This document shows, piece by piece, positions 16,534 through 25,559 of a stretch of DNA of 52,921 bases (the stretch's first letter is position 1; each line of letters opens with the position of its first letter). The DNA is from a virus. A program made the position numbers and the translations under genes. The DNA lies in the IMG/VR virus record IMGVR_UViG_3300010263_000121. One strand, given 5' to 3'. Under the pieces are notes generated by a model. It had not been told where the DNA came from. It saw only the letters and a program-made list of their open reading frames with translations, and did not search any database.

Positions 16534-18057
16534 TCATGATCTAAGGAGCTTTACCCTCTCTAACCAGACGTAATAGTCTTGGACAGCCAGGTTCATACAC
16601 TCTCTTCGATTCCTGGACGACGTCTGCTCAGCATATCTCTTGTTGTAATACAAAGTGAAACTGTGAACAGCGGCAGCCAAACCCGAGCAACATGTCTGTA
16701 ATTCATGAAGCTCCGGCGGAGCATACCCAAGTTCACCCTCTCTAGTGTACACCTCTTCGATCTTAGGTATTAGGCTGTCCATCTTGTCAAAAAGCTCACC
16801 TTCGCTGATATCCTCATTTTGGAACTGGTTATAGATGGAAATAGCCTCTTCGGCTAAGGAGATTAACTCTGCGATTATGTCTCGACTCTGCGCAGCAAAA
16901 ACCTCTGCGGGGACCGCATGATTGTTCCTCAAATCTCTCAACGTCTCATAGTATGGATAGAGGGTAAAATGCAGTCCTTTATCCACAAAATCGTGTTGGT
17001 AGCATCTGTACCACCAAGTTTTGTCTTGCTGTTCATCGACCCATGTAACACGGCACAAGAAATGACCATGTATCATGTCCTCTTCGTCTCGGCCATAGTA
17101 TATCCAGATAATGTTGGCGGGTTTACCCCTCCAGCGTCTCTCCGAAATCTCATTCTTATGAACCTCTTCATAAAGCAGTCTGTTCTTTATGTCAGTAGAT
17201 ATATCCCCAATCTCGGAAATCGAAAACGGTTCCTTAAGAATGACCTTTGCGGAATATCGTTTTGCGCTGCTAGAGTTTGTTGGTTCAACGTCATAGATAA
17301 TGTACCGTTCCGTTTCTTCGAAAATCCGATTGCGACAATAACGAGTGTATTCCTCCACATCGAAGTAGACTGTACCTACCATACTTCTTCGGAAAACAGG
17401 ATGCTGCTGCCTATCTGGATTCCGTTTATTCCACAGGTCAAGGTAAAGAGAAACTAATCTGCAGATATCGTTTAGCGACTTTTTTCCATGTCGCACTATA
17501 TGCTTGTCTTCCAGAGCATCACACAGAAAAGCAGTAAACAAACTCATTTCTTTGCCGGGGTGCCCCCACGATAATTGGTCTGCTTTACTTGACGCCAGAA
17601 CAGCATATCCTTTTCCTACAAGCTCTTCCACAGCGTGATGGATATCAAGTGAGACAGAACGATCCAAGCTAAAGTCACCGGCCATGCAGCAGTCGAGAAC
17701 GATAATTTTGGTCTTAGCTCGTATTCTTTCAAGAGAACATATGATATCTTGGGCACTAACAATAGTATCACTAAACTGGAGATAGTAGCAGGCTTGGCCG
17801 CTGCCACCATGTCCTGAAAAGTACAACATGAAGATATCATCTTCGGCCACACGAGAACCCAAGTCGACCAGTTCATCAGAAAACAGCTTTGCATTAACTG
17901 TTCCCGCTTCTCCCAAGGAAGCAATGTTTTCTGGTCGTACTCTCAGGCCACTCTCCAAGGCGCGTCTCATTGCAATGATATCATTGCGGCAGAATGGCAG
18001 ATTATAGTTCTTCGGCCAATAATTACTGACACCAACAAGAAAAGCCCATATTGCCAT
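16534..18057 (-). CDS. Caspase-like (peptidase C14 fold) protein with an uncharacterised C-terminal domain
   Basis: 507 aa. His/Cys dyad contexts YFSGHGG and VLDCCMAG lie in the N-terminal ~230 aa. The remaining ~270 aa have no motif I recognise. Confidence 0.65.
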   Translation of the reverse strand: MAIWAFLVGVSNYWPKNYNLPFCRNDIIAMRRALESGLRVRPENIASLGEAGTVNAKLFSDELVDLGSRVAEDDIFMLYFSGHGGSGQACYYLQFSDTIVSAQDIICSLERIRAKTKIIVLDCCMAGDFSLDRSVSLDIHHAVEELVGKGYAVLASSKADQLSWGHPGKEMSLFTAFLCDALEDKHIVRHGKKSLNDICRLVSLYLDLWNKRNPDRQQHPVFRRSMVGTVYFDVEEYTRYCRNRIFEETERYIIYDVEPTNSSSAKRYSAKVILKEPFSISEIGDISTDIKNRLLYEEVHKNEISERRWRGKPANIIWIYYGRDEEDMIHGHFLCRVTWVDEQQDKTWWYRCYQHDFVDKGLHFTLYPYYETLRDLRNNHAVPAEVFAAQSRDIIAELISLAEEAISIYNQFQNEDISEGELFDKMDSLIPKIEEVYTREGELGYAPPELHELQTCCSGLAAAVHSFTLYYNKRYAEQTSSRNRRECMNLAVQDYYVWLERVKLLRS

Positions 18058-18118
18058 CGATCGACCCTCACGATCTTCCTTTGATAACCTCTGGTTTAGA
18101 CCTGCGAAGGGTTCTACA

Positions 18119-18583
18119 TCAACTCGAATGGTTATCGCCTCTCGCCATCATCTCACCTCGATAAGCACGTGTATCAAGTTTTCGAAGAATCCGCTTGAGT
18201 TCTCTGGCCGGGTTCTCCTTTAGCCGACATTCCCATACGCGTATTACTGTCCAGCCAAGCCTTCTGAGCTGTGTAGATACACGCCGATCCCTCCGCTTAT
18301 TGCGCGCGATTTTACCAGACCAATACGCGCAATTCGACTTAGGAATATGCCCATCATGGCAGTGAGGACAGCCATGCCAAAAGCACCCATCGACAAAGAC
18401 AGCTACCTTAGCTTCTGGGAAGGAGAAATCTGGTCTGCCAGGAAGGCTCGGATCATGCTCTTGCCAATGGCTATATCCAGCCTCTTCAAGCATACTTCGC
18501 AATTTTAACTCGGTACTTTTTGCCCCGACACTCCTAATGCGAGACATGACAAGTGACCGCTTTTCCTTATCAAAGACGTCCAT
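18119..18583 (-). CDS. vsr: Very short patch repair endonuclease
   Basis: 154 aa with SRIRS..TELKLRS, GRPDF and FVDGCFWHGC motifs. It is adjacent to a C5-MTase and REase pair. Confidence 0.9.
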   Translation of the reverse strand: MDVFDKEKRSLVMSRIRSVGAKSTELKLRSMLEEAGYSHWQEHDPSLPGRPDFSFPEAKVAVFVDGCFWHGCPHCHDGHIPKSNCAYWSGKIARNKRRDRRVSTQLRRLGWTVIRVWECRLKENPARELKRILRKLDTRAYRGEMMARGDNHSS

Positions 18584-18585
18584 AG

Positions 18586-19446
18586 TTACACAGCCAAGTC
18601 GAAAGGCAGATCGCTGATATCTCTAAGCCGTCTGCCTTCAATTAGTGTTTGCAGCATCTCATGCTGGTCACGAACACCCGGATTTGCGTGGCTCAGTTCA
18701 TCAAGGGCTTCCTCAAGCTCATACAGAGCAAAATGATATACGCAGTCCAAATCGCCAGTTCCCAAGGCAAGAGATGCTATCCTCATTGGCAACGGTTCAG
18801 CCGTTACAGCAACAATATGAGGGCTGTTCCCTTTTCGATTCCGGATTAAATTCAGCGCTTCAGTTCTGGTGTTCTGTGCTCGATCAGAGCGCATCGTCCA
18901 TTTACAGGATATGCTTGCGTGTAAGATCGGCACGGGATCACCAGAACGATTGACGCGCCGTAACGGTGTATGCGTAGCAATAAACGGTGTATCTCCCTCA
19001 ACGCCAATATCCTCATCAGCTACGGGGATGCGGCACACCACGATGTCCGGCTTAATTATGTAGTCTGGACCCAGAGTGGCCATCAATTCTCTGCGGGTGT
19101 TGAGGATCTCGTTCAACTCGGCCAAATGCCGATACTGATCGAAATCCGATATCGAACGCTCAGTGCTAAATATCCACGGGCCTGGTCTTAGCCGGTTCAG
19201 CAACCTAAACGATCGCTCAAGATATTCCTTGGTTATGGTTCCAAAAAGGGCCCCAGCTGTTTGAGCAGATGGTGGCGTGGCGCAATGGGGGCCTCCAATC
19301 TTGCTTGCTAACCTTGCAGAGATCTGGCGGCTCGATTCACTAGACCGATCGGCTATATTGACGACACCGTCACGAACAGACAAAAGGCGTTGAGATATCT
19401 CTCTATGGTATTGCTGCCGCAAAGTGTTCATCTCGTTCAGAACCAT
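18586..19446 (-). CDS. Type II restriction endonuclease, NgoMIV/Cfr10I family (CCGG-core recognition predicted)
   Basis: IIKPDIVV (the PD element) and ISCKWTMRSDRAQN, which contains the S-x-K catalytic element and the R-S-D-R recognition motif described for NgoMIV-family enzymes. It sits between the MTase and Vsr. Confidence 0.7.
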   Translation of the reverse strand: MVLNEMNTLRQQYHREISQRLLSVRDGVVNIADRSSESSRQISARLASKIGGPHCATPPSAQTAGALFGTITKEYLERSFRLLNRLRPGPWIFSTERSISDFDQYRHLAELNEILNTRRELMATLGPDYIIKPDIVVCRIPVADEDIGVEGDTPFIATHTPLRRVNRSGDPVPILHASISCKWTMRSDRAQNTRTEALNLIRNRKGNSPHIVAVTAEPLPMRIASLALGTGDLDCVYHFALYELEEALDELSHANPGVRDQHEMLQTLIEGRRLRDISDLPFDLAV

Positions 19447-20524
19447 TTCCTATATTCTCCTTTCGCTCCTGGTTAAGCGCCTGCATAATGGACTTTGCCA
19501 GAGCATTGGCAACCACAGGACACACTGCTTCCGACACCTGACGGACCTGCGCAGAGATATTCCCCTTGAGGACGTAGTCCTTAGGAAATGCCTGAAGAAG
19601 CATTGCTTCATATATGCTCAACCGCCGGTGTCCGTTTGGGTGCACATGCACTTCCCGGTGGCCGTATGCAACCGTGTACGAAGGCCGATCCCAATCGAGG
19701 ATCTTAAATGACTTTCCTCCCATGCGCTTACTCAAACCATTGCTGAACTTAGGCGACCGCGGCACCAAGCACCAGTGATTAGGATGGACAGGAAATGTAT
19801 CAGGATTAAGCCCTTTTGCATTGTAGACTGGTTCAGGTAGACCCCATATGACATCTCTTACCGTTTTGCGCGGCACTAATGGATCTGGAACAGGAAACCT
19901 GAACTCGATATCAGGGTACTTCTCCTTGTTAAAACCCACAACAAACACTCTTGGCCTTATCTGAGCTACTCCGAAGTCTTGTGCATCGAGTGAACCCTGA
20001 AACAGTCGAAAGCCAGCTTCTTCGAACATTGCCTCAAACTTCTTGAACTTAGCAATATGCGAAGCTGACATCAGGCCAGGAACATTCTCAAACAGAAAAA
20101 AGTCAAGCCCGACTCTTTCCCGAAGCCCAGCAACGATTCTGGCATAATGCTCTGGCAATTTATGCCTTGGATCTTCGTCAGTAGAGTATACATTAGCGTA
20201 ACTAAACGATTGACAAGGAGGCCCCCCGATTACGCCGACAACATCGTATGGGCCAGCAGGCAGCGCTTCCGCAAGAATCGACTCTACACTAACCACGCTC
20301 AAATCCCGAATGCGTGCTACCGGGTTTTCGGGTCGATTGTAGTTATATGTCTCTACACAAACTGGATCGATGTCAGCTGCATAGAGGATGCTAGCGCCAA
20401 CCATCTCAAACCCGAGGTCCAGCCCACCAGGCCCAGAAAACAAGCTATAGCAGCCCATCTGAATAGAATCATATCCAAGTTCATAGGTACAGCGCTTTCT
20501 GTTGCGGTGATACATCTCTAACAC
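19403..20524 (-). CDS. DNA (cytosine-5)-methyltransferase, cognate to the adjacent REase
   Basis: FSGPGGLDLGF (I), GGPPCQSFS (IV), ENVPGL (VI), QIRPRVF (VIII). Confidence 0.9.
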   Translation of the reverse strand: MLEMYHRNRKRCTYELGYDSIQMGCYSLFSGPGGLDLGFEMVGASILYAADIDPVCVETYNYNRPENPVARIRDLSVVSVESILAEALPAGPYDVVGVIGGPPCQSFSYANVYSTDEDPRHKLPEHYARIVAGLRERVGLDFFLFENVPGLMSASHIAKFKKFEAMFEEAGFRLFQGSLDAQDFGVAQIRPRVFVVGFNKEKYPDIEFRFPVPDPLVPRKTVRDVIWGLPEPVYNAKGLNPDTFPVHPNHWCLVPRSPKFSNGLSKRMGGKSFKILDWDRPSYTVAYGHREVHVHPNGHRRLSIYEAMLLQAFPKDYVLKGNISAQVRQVSEAVCPVVANALAKSIMQALNQERKENIGNGSERDEHFAAAIP

Positions 20525-20834
20525 CTCAATTCCCTATTCGATTCATAGCCTTTCCGACCCCTTCTGGCAAGGCAGATGGTTGCTCTGTTGTAGCCATGCA
20601 CGAAAGTCGCATAGACGATGTAATCGAAGACTAGTTAAGCTACGCAACCAGCCAGTTATGCTGCATACCCATCTGAATTTATTCGGGCTTAGACTGATCA
20701 CCTTCAACGCGTGACTCTTTCCGTGACAACAACCACTCTATAACCCTAACGAGCGGCATCAGATCGCCGTCCTCGTTGAAGACAACTGTGACTCTCACCT
20801 ATCTCTCCTCCACATTGTTCGTTTCTCGCCCCTG

Positions 20835-21701
20835 TTAAATAGGCAGATAGCGACTTGACGTGTCATCTGGTCTAACGTGAACATACTTCGAAGTCGTGGC
20901 CAGGGAAGCGTGTCCGAGCTGCGCCTGCACAAGATGGATGGGTGCACCGCGATCCAATGCGTGCGTCGCGTGACTATGGCGCATGAAGTGCGGGCTGACG
21001 TCTTTCTTGATTCCCGCTCGCTTCGCTGCCTCTTTGACAATAGCCCACATCCTGCACGTAGAGAGCGGATTTCCTTTCTGAGAGACCCAAACAGGATCAT
21101 CAGGCTGCCAGTCTTCTGGCCTGATGTCCTCTAAAAGCTCAAGTGTCTCCTTGGTGAGCTTGATAAACCGATTCTTGCCGCCTTTACCGTGCACAGTTAG
21201 GACCCCATTATTTATGTCTTTCCAGCACATTTTATGGGCCTCTTCGACCCTGACTGCGGTGGAGTAGAGGAATCTAATCAACACCTTGTCTCGAAGCTTA
21301 GGGGTATATTCAATGAGCTTAAAGACCTCTGTCTCGGTCAGGATGCGGTTTGACAGCTCATTGGGGATCTTAACGCTTTCCAGAGCGGCACCCACGTTCG
21401 CCACAGTAAACCCGGCCCTGTATGCAAACGCGAGCAGCGACTTGACTGCAGCGAGCTTCCGCGCCTGAGTTGCCTTTGCCAACCCCTGCAGGCTGTTCAG
21501 ATACTCGACCAGATCAGGAAGCGTAATCTCTTTGAGATGTTTGCCGCCGATGAAGGCCAAGAATTGCTGAATGTCATAGCGGTAGACCCTCTGCGTCTGT
21601 CTGGATTTCCGAGACAACCACAGTTCGATTATCCTGTCGTTGGATGCATTCAGCCTCGGCTGAAGATACATCGCGATACCCTGCTGGAGTTCGATTGCCA
21701 C
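20835..21701 (-). CDS. int: Tyrosine recombinase (phage integrase / XerC-D-like)
   Basis: 288 aa with an N-terminal SAM-like core-binding domain. Catalytic contexts are VRVEEA (R), HFMRHSHAT (HxxR) and GHASLATTSKYVH (H..Y). The start is GTG with a GGAGG RBS. Confidence 0.9.
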   Translation of the reverse strand: MAIELQQGIAMYLQPRLNASNDRIIELWLSRKSRQTQRVYRYDIQQFLAFIGGKHLKEITLPDLVEYLNSLQGLAKATQARKLAAVKSLLAFAYRAGFTVANVGAALESVKIPNELSNRILTETEVFKLIEYTPKLRDKVLIRFLYSTAVRVEEAHKMCWKDINNGVLTVHGKGGKNRFIKLTKETLELLEDIRPEDWQPDDPVWVSQKGNPLSTCRMWAIVKEAAKRAGIKKDVSPHFMRHSHATHALDRGAPIHLVQAQLGHASLATTSKYVHVRPDDTSSRYLPI

Positions 21702-21720
21702 GATTATCGCCTCCGATAAA

Positions 21721-21754
21721 ACGAAAGAAAACTGTTGTTATCTTTCGTTTTTTT
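21721..21754. terminator. Hairpin with flanking T/A runs between the 142-aa gene and the integrase (bidirectional terminator candidate)
   Basis: Stem acgaaaga / tctttcgt, followed by TTTTTT on the plus strand and TTTTAT on the minus strand. Confidence 0.5.
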
Positions 21755-21795
21755 CCTCCAAATCCCTGCCACAATATGGCACTTTATGCAAGTCC

Positions 21796-22224
21796 TCATA
21801 GACCGGTTGAGCTTAAAATTTGATCCAAGCTGAAAGAATACTCCCGCCCAACAGCTAACCGATACAGTTCTATGAAGTGTTCCCGCCCCATCGCTGGAGA
21901 CCAATTACCTTCCCAATCATATTCCACACTCTCAGTCTCCCAAGGCCGTTCCTGATTCTCATTTAAATATGCGCCCGTGTAGAAATACACATTGATCAGG
22001 CCAATACTAGAATGGGAAAAATCCGGGTAAAACGAGCCATGCAGCTCGCCTTCCGGATCAACCCAATCTTTCTGCATCCATATATTTATTGCTCCACCAT
22101 AGGGACAATCATAGTCCCCTCCGCGCATGACATCACGGACACTGCAATATTTCCTAATTGCTTCCCAATCATCTATATCAACGATTGCAATAGGTGTGAA
22201 GCCCTTCTTTCCTTTCAACGCCAT
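21796..22224 (-). CDS. Hypothetical protein (lysogeny-module moron candidate)
   Basis: 142-aa ORF between the XRE regulator and the integrase. No motif recognised. Confidence 0.45.
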   Translation of the reverse strand: MALKGKKGFTPIAIVDIDDWEAIRKYCSVRDVMRGGDYDCPYGGAINIWMQKDWVDPEGELHGSFYPDFSHSSIGLINVYFYTGAYLNENQERPWETESVEYDWEGNWSPAMGREHFIELYRLAVGREYSFSLDQILSSTGL

Positions 22225-22265
22225 TGAAAATCCTCCAGATATGGGAATGGGTGATAATACTCTTA

Positions 22266-22511
22266 CTATTCTAGCGTAAGCTGATGCTTTTTGCTAAGCC
22301 ATTCCTTCCATTCCTGCTCGATGTCTCTGCCCATCACATTGGCCAATGCCTGAAAGTGCTCTGGCTTGGGCGTATTAGCACCACACTCCCAGCTCTGCAC
22401 GGCGCTCACTGAGACTCCCACAAGCGATGCAAAGACCATTCTAGACAAGCCCTGGTTCTTTCTGAACACCAGCAGCGGATTTTCCTCGATCCATTGTTTG
22501 ACATTCTTCAC
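22266..22511 (-). CDS. XRE-family HTH regulator (Cro/CI-type)
   Basis: HTH segment QGLSRMVFASLVGVSVSAVQSWECG. I place the start at GTG 22511, with AAGGAG 9 nt upstream, rather than at the track start 22565. Confidence 0.7.
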   Translation of the reverse strand: MKNVKQWIEENPLLVFRKNQGLSRMVFASLVGVSVSAVQSWECGANTPKPEHFQALANVMGRDIEQEWKEWLSKKHQLTLE

Positions 22512-22614
22512 GGTACAATTCTCCTTTCCGACACTTTCACTAGTAATACTACCACTAATCGTCATTCCTTACCAGCCCATATCTGCATTACCAGCACTGT
22601 CATTACATGGCATC

Positions 22615-22639
22615 AAAAAAAGCGGCTCTTTCGAGCCGC
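22615..22639 (-). terminator. Rho-independent terminator after the ATPase gene
   Basis: On the minus strand: GCGGCTC GAAA GAGCCGC followed by TTTTTTT. Confidence 0.8.
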
Positions 22640-22645
22640 CAGCTC

Positions 22646-23788
22646 CTACTTCTCAACACCTAGGTATTCCGTCGCGATGATGTCTATGTTCTTCTGCCAT
22701 TCCTGAAGCTCCCCGACCGTCATTCCCTCAGTCAGCCTGTCGTGATCCTGCACTTCATCGCCTCGAATGTCGTAGAGCAGCATCTTGAGGGTAGCGTTAT
22801 CTAGGCCCAGTTTCAACCCGTACTTGTAGACCTCCATGATATCCTCTCTGGCGGCAAGCTTGTTCAAATTGACTTCACCAGAAGCCGCAGGAGCCTCGTT
22901 TTCGAGAGGGGTAAGGTGATTACCCTCTGAATTTGGAACAGCGTCATATTGGGCTTCTAAATCGCTCTCGCGAGGTTCGGCCTTCTCTTTGACCTCTCTA
23001 GCTGGGCTTTTCCCCGTCGGTTTCTTCTCTTCCTTAGGCTTCACTTCCTCAAGCTCCACCTGAGGGAGAACTATCTCCCCCGGGGCCCCCATGACAAGTT
23101 TGGCGATGATCTCGGTGAACGAGGGCCTCTCAAGCACCTTCACCTGATCGATGGGTTCATTCCGGAAGCCGTTCTTGTAGACTTCGGCGGTGAAGTTTGG
23201 CAGAAGCCGGAGGTGGATGTCTACGCGGTAGGGGAGCTTCTTATACCCCTCCAGGACGTAATCTCCCGTCCTCTTACCGTCCTCTGTGTACTCGTCCTTA
23301 ATCCGGCCCGTTACCACACAGTAGTAACCCTTCTCCCGGATGAGCTTGAGCATATTGTCGATCTTCTCCCAAACACGGGCCCAAATGTAGGTTGGGTAAA
23401 TCTTCTCCACCTTCGCTTCCTCTAAGTACTCAAGCTCGGCCAGGGCCTGGAGGTCGGAACCGGAATCGATCACGATGGTTCCCCCGTTGTGTTCTGGGAA
23501 GACCTTCTGAATGAGAATCTGGCGGATGTCATTGAAGGTCGTGATCTTCTTCCGATAGACCTTCTTCGTGCCGGCGAACTTCGCGGCCACGACATCAGCC
23601 CTGTTTTCTGTGTCCAGGATGAAAATGGGCTCTGGAAAAGTCATGGAAAAGTGGGTTTTGCCCACTCCCTGCATACCCTCAACGAGCACCGTGAAAGGCA
23701 TCTGCCTCGGATCGGATGGTATCTCGTCCCAGTCGATCGGCACCGCCTGTTTCATCCTGACAGCCTGCTTTTGATTGGTATTGGTCAT
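22646..23788 (-). CDS. AAA_24 / Sak4-like phage NTP-binding (RecA-fold) protein with a long C-terminal extension
   Basis: Walker A GMQGVGKT near the N-terminus, Walker B-like TIVIDSGSD, then a Lys/Glu/Pro-rich linker and an extra C-terminal domain. Confidence 0.55.
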   Translation of the reverse strand: MTNTNQKQAVRMKQAVPIDWDEIPSDPRQMPFTVLVEGMQGVGKTHFSMTFPEPIFILDTENRADVVAAKFAGTKKVYRKKITTFNDIRQILIQKVFPEHNGGTIVIDSGSDLQALAELEYLEEAKVEKIYPTYIWARVWEKIDNMLKLIREKGYYCVVTGRIKDEYTEDGKRTGDYVLEGYKKLPYRVDIHLRLLPNFTAEVYKNGFRNEPIDQVKVLERPSFTEIIAKLVMGAPGEIVLPQVELEEVKPKEEKKPTGKSPAREVKEKAEPRESDLEAQYDAVPNSEGNHLTPLENEAPAASGEVNLNKLAAREDIMEVYKYGLKLGLDNATLKMLLYDIRGDEVQDHDRLTEGMTVGELQEWQKNIDIIATEYLGVEK

Positions 23789-23830
23789 TGAAATCCCCTT
23801 TCATATCCAGCCCTCGGTCAAGGCTACACG

Positions 23831-24301
23831 CTAGAATGGAATGTCCGTAATCTCGGCAAGATCAAGTTCATCTGCAGCTTGAGTTTCCCCAGAGGTGATC
23901 CACTCCACATTAAGCGTCCAAGTGTCCGCGTAGATTGCTTCCACCTTCTGCCGCCAGTCGTCTCCCAGTTTGGCCAACTCATTAAGGCCCGATTTCAGAG
24001 GCCGGAGATCCATCTGGAAGCACTTAGATTTAAGCTCCGGCGGGCATATCTTATAGAGGGCCTCAACAAGCTTCCGATCCCGAATCTTAGACTGTTTCCT
24101 GAGCCTGATTTTGGCAAAGGGCGTAAGTTTCAAGGTAGCACTCTCGGCCTCCATCCGGCTTATCAAAACAGCCCGCGCTGTATCGCGGGCCATACGAGCC
24201 ATCTCAAACACTTCTTCCAAGTCCTTAAGCTGCGCCACGATTTCCTCATCAGACATCGCTGCGAAATCCAGGGCTTCCCCTGTTTTCAGGTTGACTATCA
24301 T
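23831..24301 (-). CDS. Hypothetical early protein
   Basis: 156-aa ORF upstream of the ATPase. Only a weak resemblance to Gp157-type proteins. Confidence 0.35.
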   Translation of the reverse strand: MIVNLKTGEALDFAAMSDEEIVAQLKDLEEVFEMARMARDTARAVLISRMEAESATLKLTPFAKIRLRKQSKIRDRKLVEALYKICPPELKSKCFQMDLRPLKSGLNELAKLGDDWRQKVEAIYADTWTLNVEWITSGETQAADELDLAEITDIPF

Positions 24302-24343
24302 CTCTATTCTCCTTTCAAGGTTCGATCACTTAGCAACGACGGC

Positions 24344-24661
24344 CTAAAGGGCTTCCCGGATGGCTTTGGCTATCTTCTTTGCCTGCCACTTCCAGATGCG
24401 GGAGAACTCAAGCTCTGGAATACCGCCGCCCGATGTCTCGATGATGATCTTCCCGGTGAGGATACCGCGCTTAACCCGTACAGATGCGATCCTCTCCAAG
24501 CGAATTTCGTCCTCATCTGTTTTGAGGCCGAACCAGGCACGGCGAGTGATATGCACCTTCCCATCCTTGATTTCGAGCTTGTCCGGAAGAATTGTCCTAG
24601 TAACCGACCTAGCTAAAAGCCTTGAGCCTCTGAATGTCATAGCCACAGCCATCTCGTTCAT
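24344..24661 (-). CDS. Bacterial PH-domain (bPH_2-like) protein
   Basis: 105 aa. The segment ILPDKLEI..GKVHITRR......IRLERIASVRVKRGILTGKIIIETSGGG follows the bPH pattern. Confidence 0.5.
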   Translation of the reverse strand: MNEMAVAMTFRGSRLLARSVTRTILPDKLEIKDGKVHITRRAWFGLKTDEDEIRLERIASVRVKRGILTGKIIIETSGGGIPELEFSRIWKWQAKKIAKAIREAL

Positions 24662-24677
24662 CCTTTCATATTGGTAT

Positions 24678-24697
24678 TGGTAGTAGTATCACTACCA
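24678..24697. promoter_or_regulatory. Operator-like inverted repeat TGGTAGT-N6-ACTACCA at the head of the early operon
   Basis: A 7-bp perfect inverted repeat separated by AGTATC. A 19-bp core (GTAGTAGTATCACTACCAC) recurs exactly at 32008-32026, and a related site lies at 22538-22557. Confidence 0.5.
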
Positions 24698-24808
24698 CTA
24701 CCAACATACTACCGTCAAAAGCAACTCTTGTCTGCGTCCAAATTCATCCAAATGCCGATAGGAAGCGCATTTTCACGATCTACCCCCTTTCATTTTTTCC
24801 CACCTAAC

Positions 24809-24835
24809 AAAAAAGGCAGGACGTTTCATCCTGCC
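24809..24835 (-). terminator. Rho-independent terminator after the GGCT gene
   Basis: On the minus strand: GGCAGGA tgaaacg TCCTGCC followed by TTTTTT. Confidence 0.75.
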
Positions 24836-24872
24836 GTAAACCCTCGACTCGTATTAAGGCACGACGGCCCTG

Positions 24873-25286
24873 TTATCCAGCTTTCCTTGCGCTCTTCAGA
24901 TAAGCCCTGAAAAGCCCCTGAGGATCGATCTTGAAGTCCATACACCCCTGAAGGCAGACATCCAAGTAGCCCTTCGAAGGCTCCGCTTCCTTCCCTTTGG
25001 TCAAGATATAGGTCATGGCCGTAAGACCATCAGGGAAGGTGATGAAGTGCTTTTCGTACCATCCCGGATATCCCTCATAGCGGTCTAGCATCTTCTCGTC
25101 AAAATCCGAGATAAGCCAGAGCCCGCCTCTTACGACCCCTTTCGGATTCCTCACTATCGTTAAGACCCGTCTGAACTGAAGCTCCCAGCCCGGAAGATCG
25201 CGCGCTCCCAAAGGCACCGCATCAGGGCACCGGTTAGACATCTGTTCCATATTAAGGTTCGATCCATAGGCAAAGTAGTATTTCAC
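24873..25286 (-). CDS. Gamma-glutamylcyclotransferase-like (AIG2/GGCT fold) protein
   Basis: The N-terminus YFAYGSNLNMEQMSNRCP is the GGCT-family signature. 137 aa. Confidence 0.75.
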   Translation of the reverse strand: MKYYFAYGSNLNMEQMSNRCPDAVPLGARDLPGWELQFRRVLTIVRNPKGVVRGGLWLISDFDEKMLDRYEGYPGWYEKHFITFPDGLTAMTYILTKGKEAEPSKGYLDVCLQGCMDFKIDPQGLFRAYLKSARKAG

Positions 25287-25288
25287 TG

Positions 25289-25549
25289 TTATTCCCCTTC
25301 CAAGATGATGATAAAGCCGTTCTCTTCCAAGTCATTGATGAAATTCTCGCAGGAATCCGCCCTGATCACCGCGCCGTTCCACTCTTTAAGGCGCCTTGAG
25401 ACGTTTTTCATGTAAGTCCAGACATCTTCATCGACACGAAGGCGCGCCGACAAGCGGAGCATATCAACGACATCGGCAAACGTCTGGCCGGAGAAGGTTT
25501 CCCCGTCCCCGATCCACTTAATCCTGATCACAATATTCCCCCATCCCAA
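25289..25549 (-). CDS. Small hypothetical protein between the amidoligase and GGCT genes
   Basis: 86-aa ORF tightly packed between the two enzyme genes. Confidence 0.45.
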   Translation of the reverse strand: MGWGNIVIRIKWIGDGETFSGQTFADVVDMLRLSARLRVDEDVWTYMKNVSRRLKEWNGAVIRADSCENFINDLEENGFIIILEGE

Positions 25550-25559
25550 GAGAGGCAGG

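Noticed and set aside
20679-20798. 39-codon minus-strand ORF with a good GGAGGAG RBS and GTG start, between the integrase and the R-M methylase (possible controller or leader peptide)
   Set aside because: It is too short and has no recognisable motif, including no HTH as expected for an R-M C protein. It is noted only as a candidate.
20525-20834. Search for tRNA genes or an obvious attP core near the integrase
   Set aside because: I saw no cloverleaf-compatible sequence (no GTTCRANYC T-loop box) and no clear repeat structure. The att site cannot be called without a host sequence.
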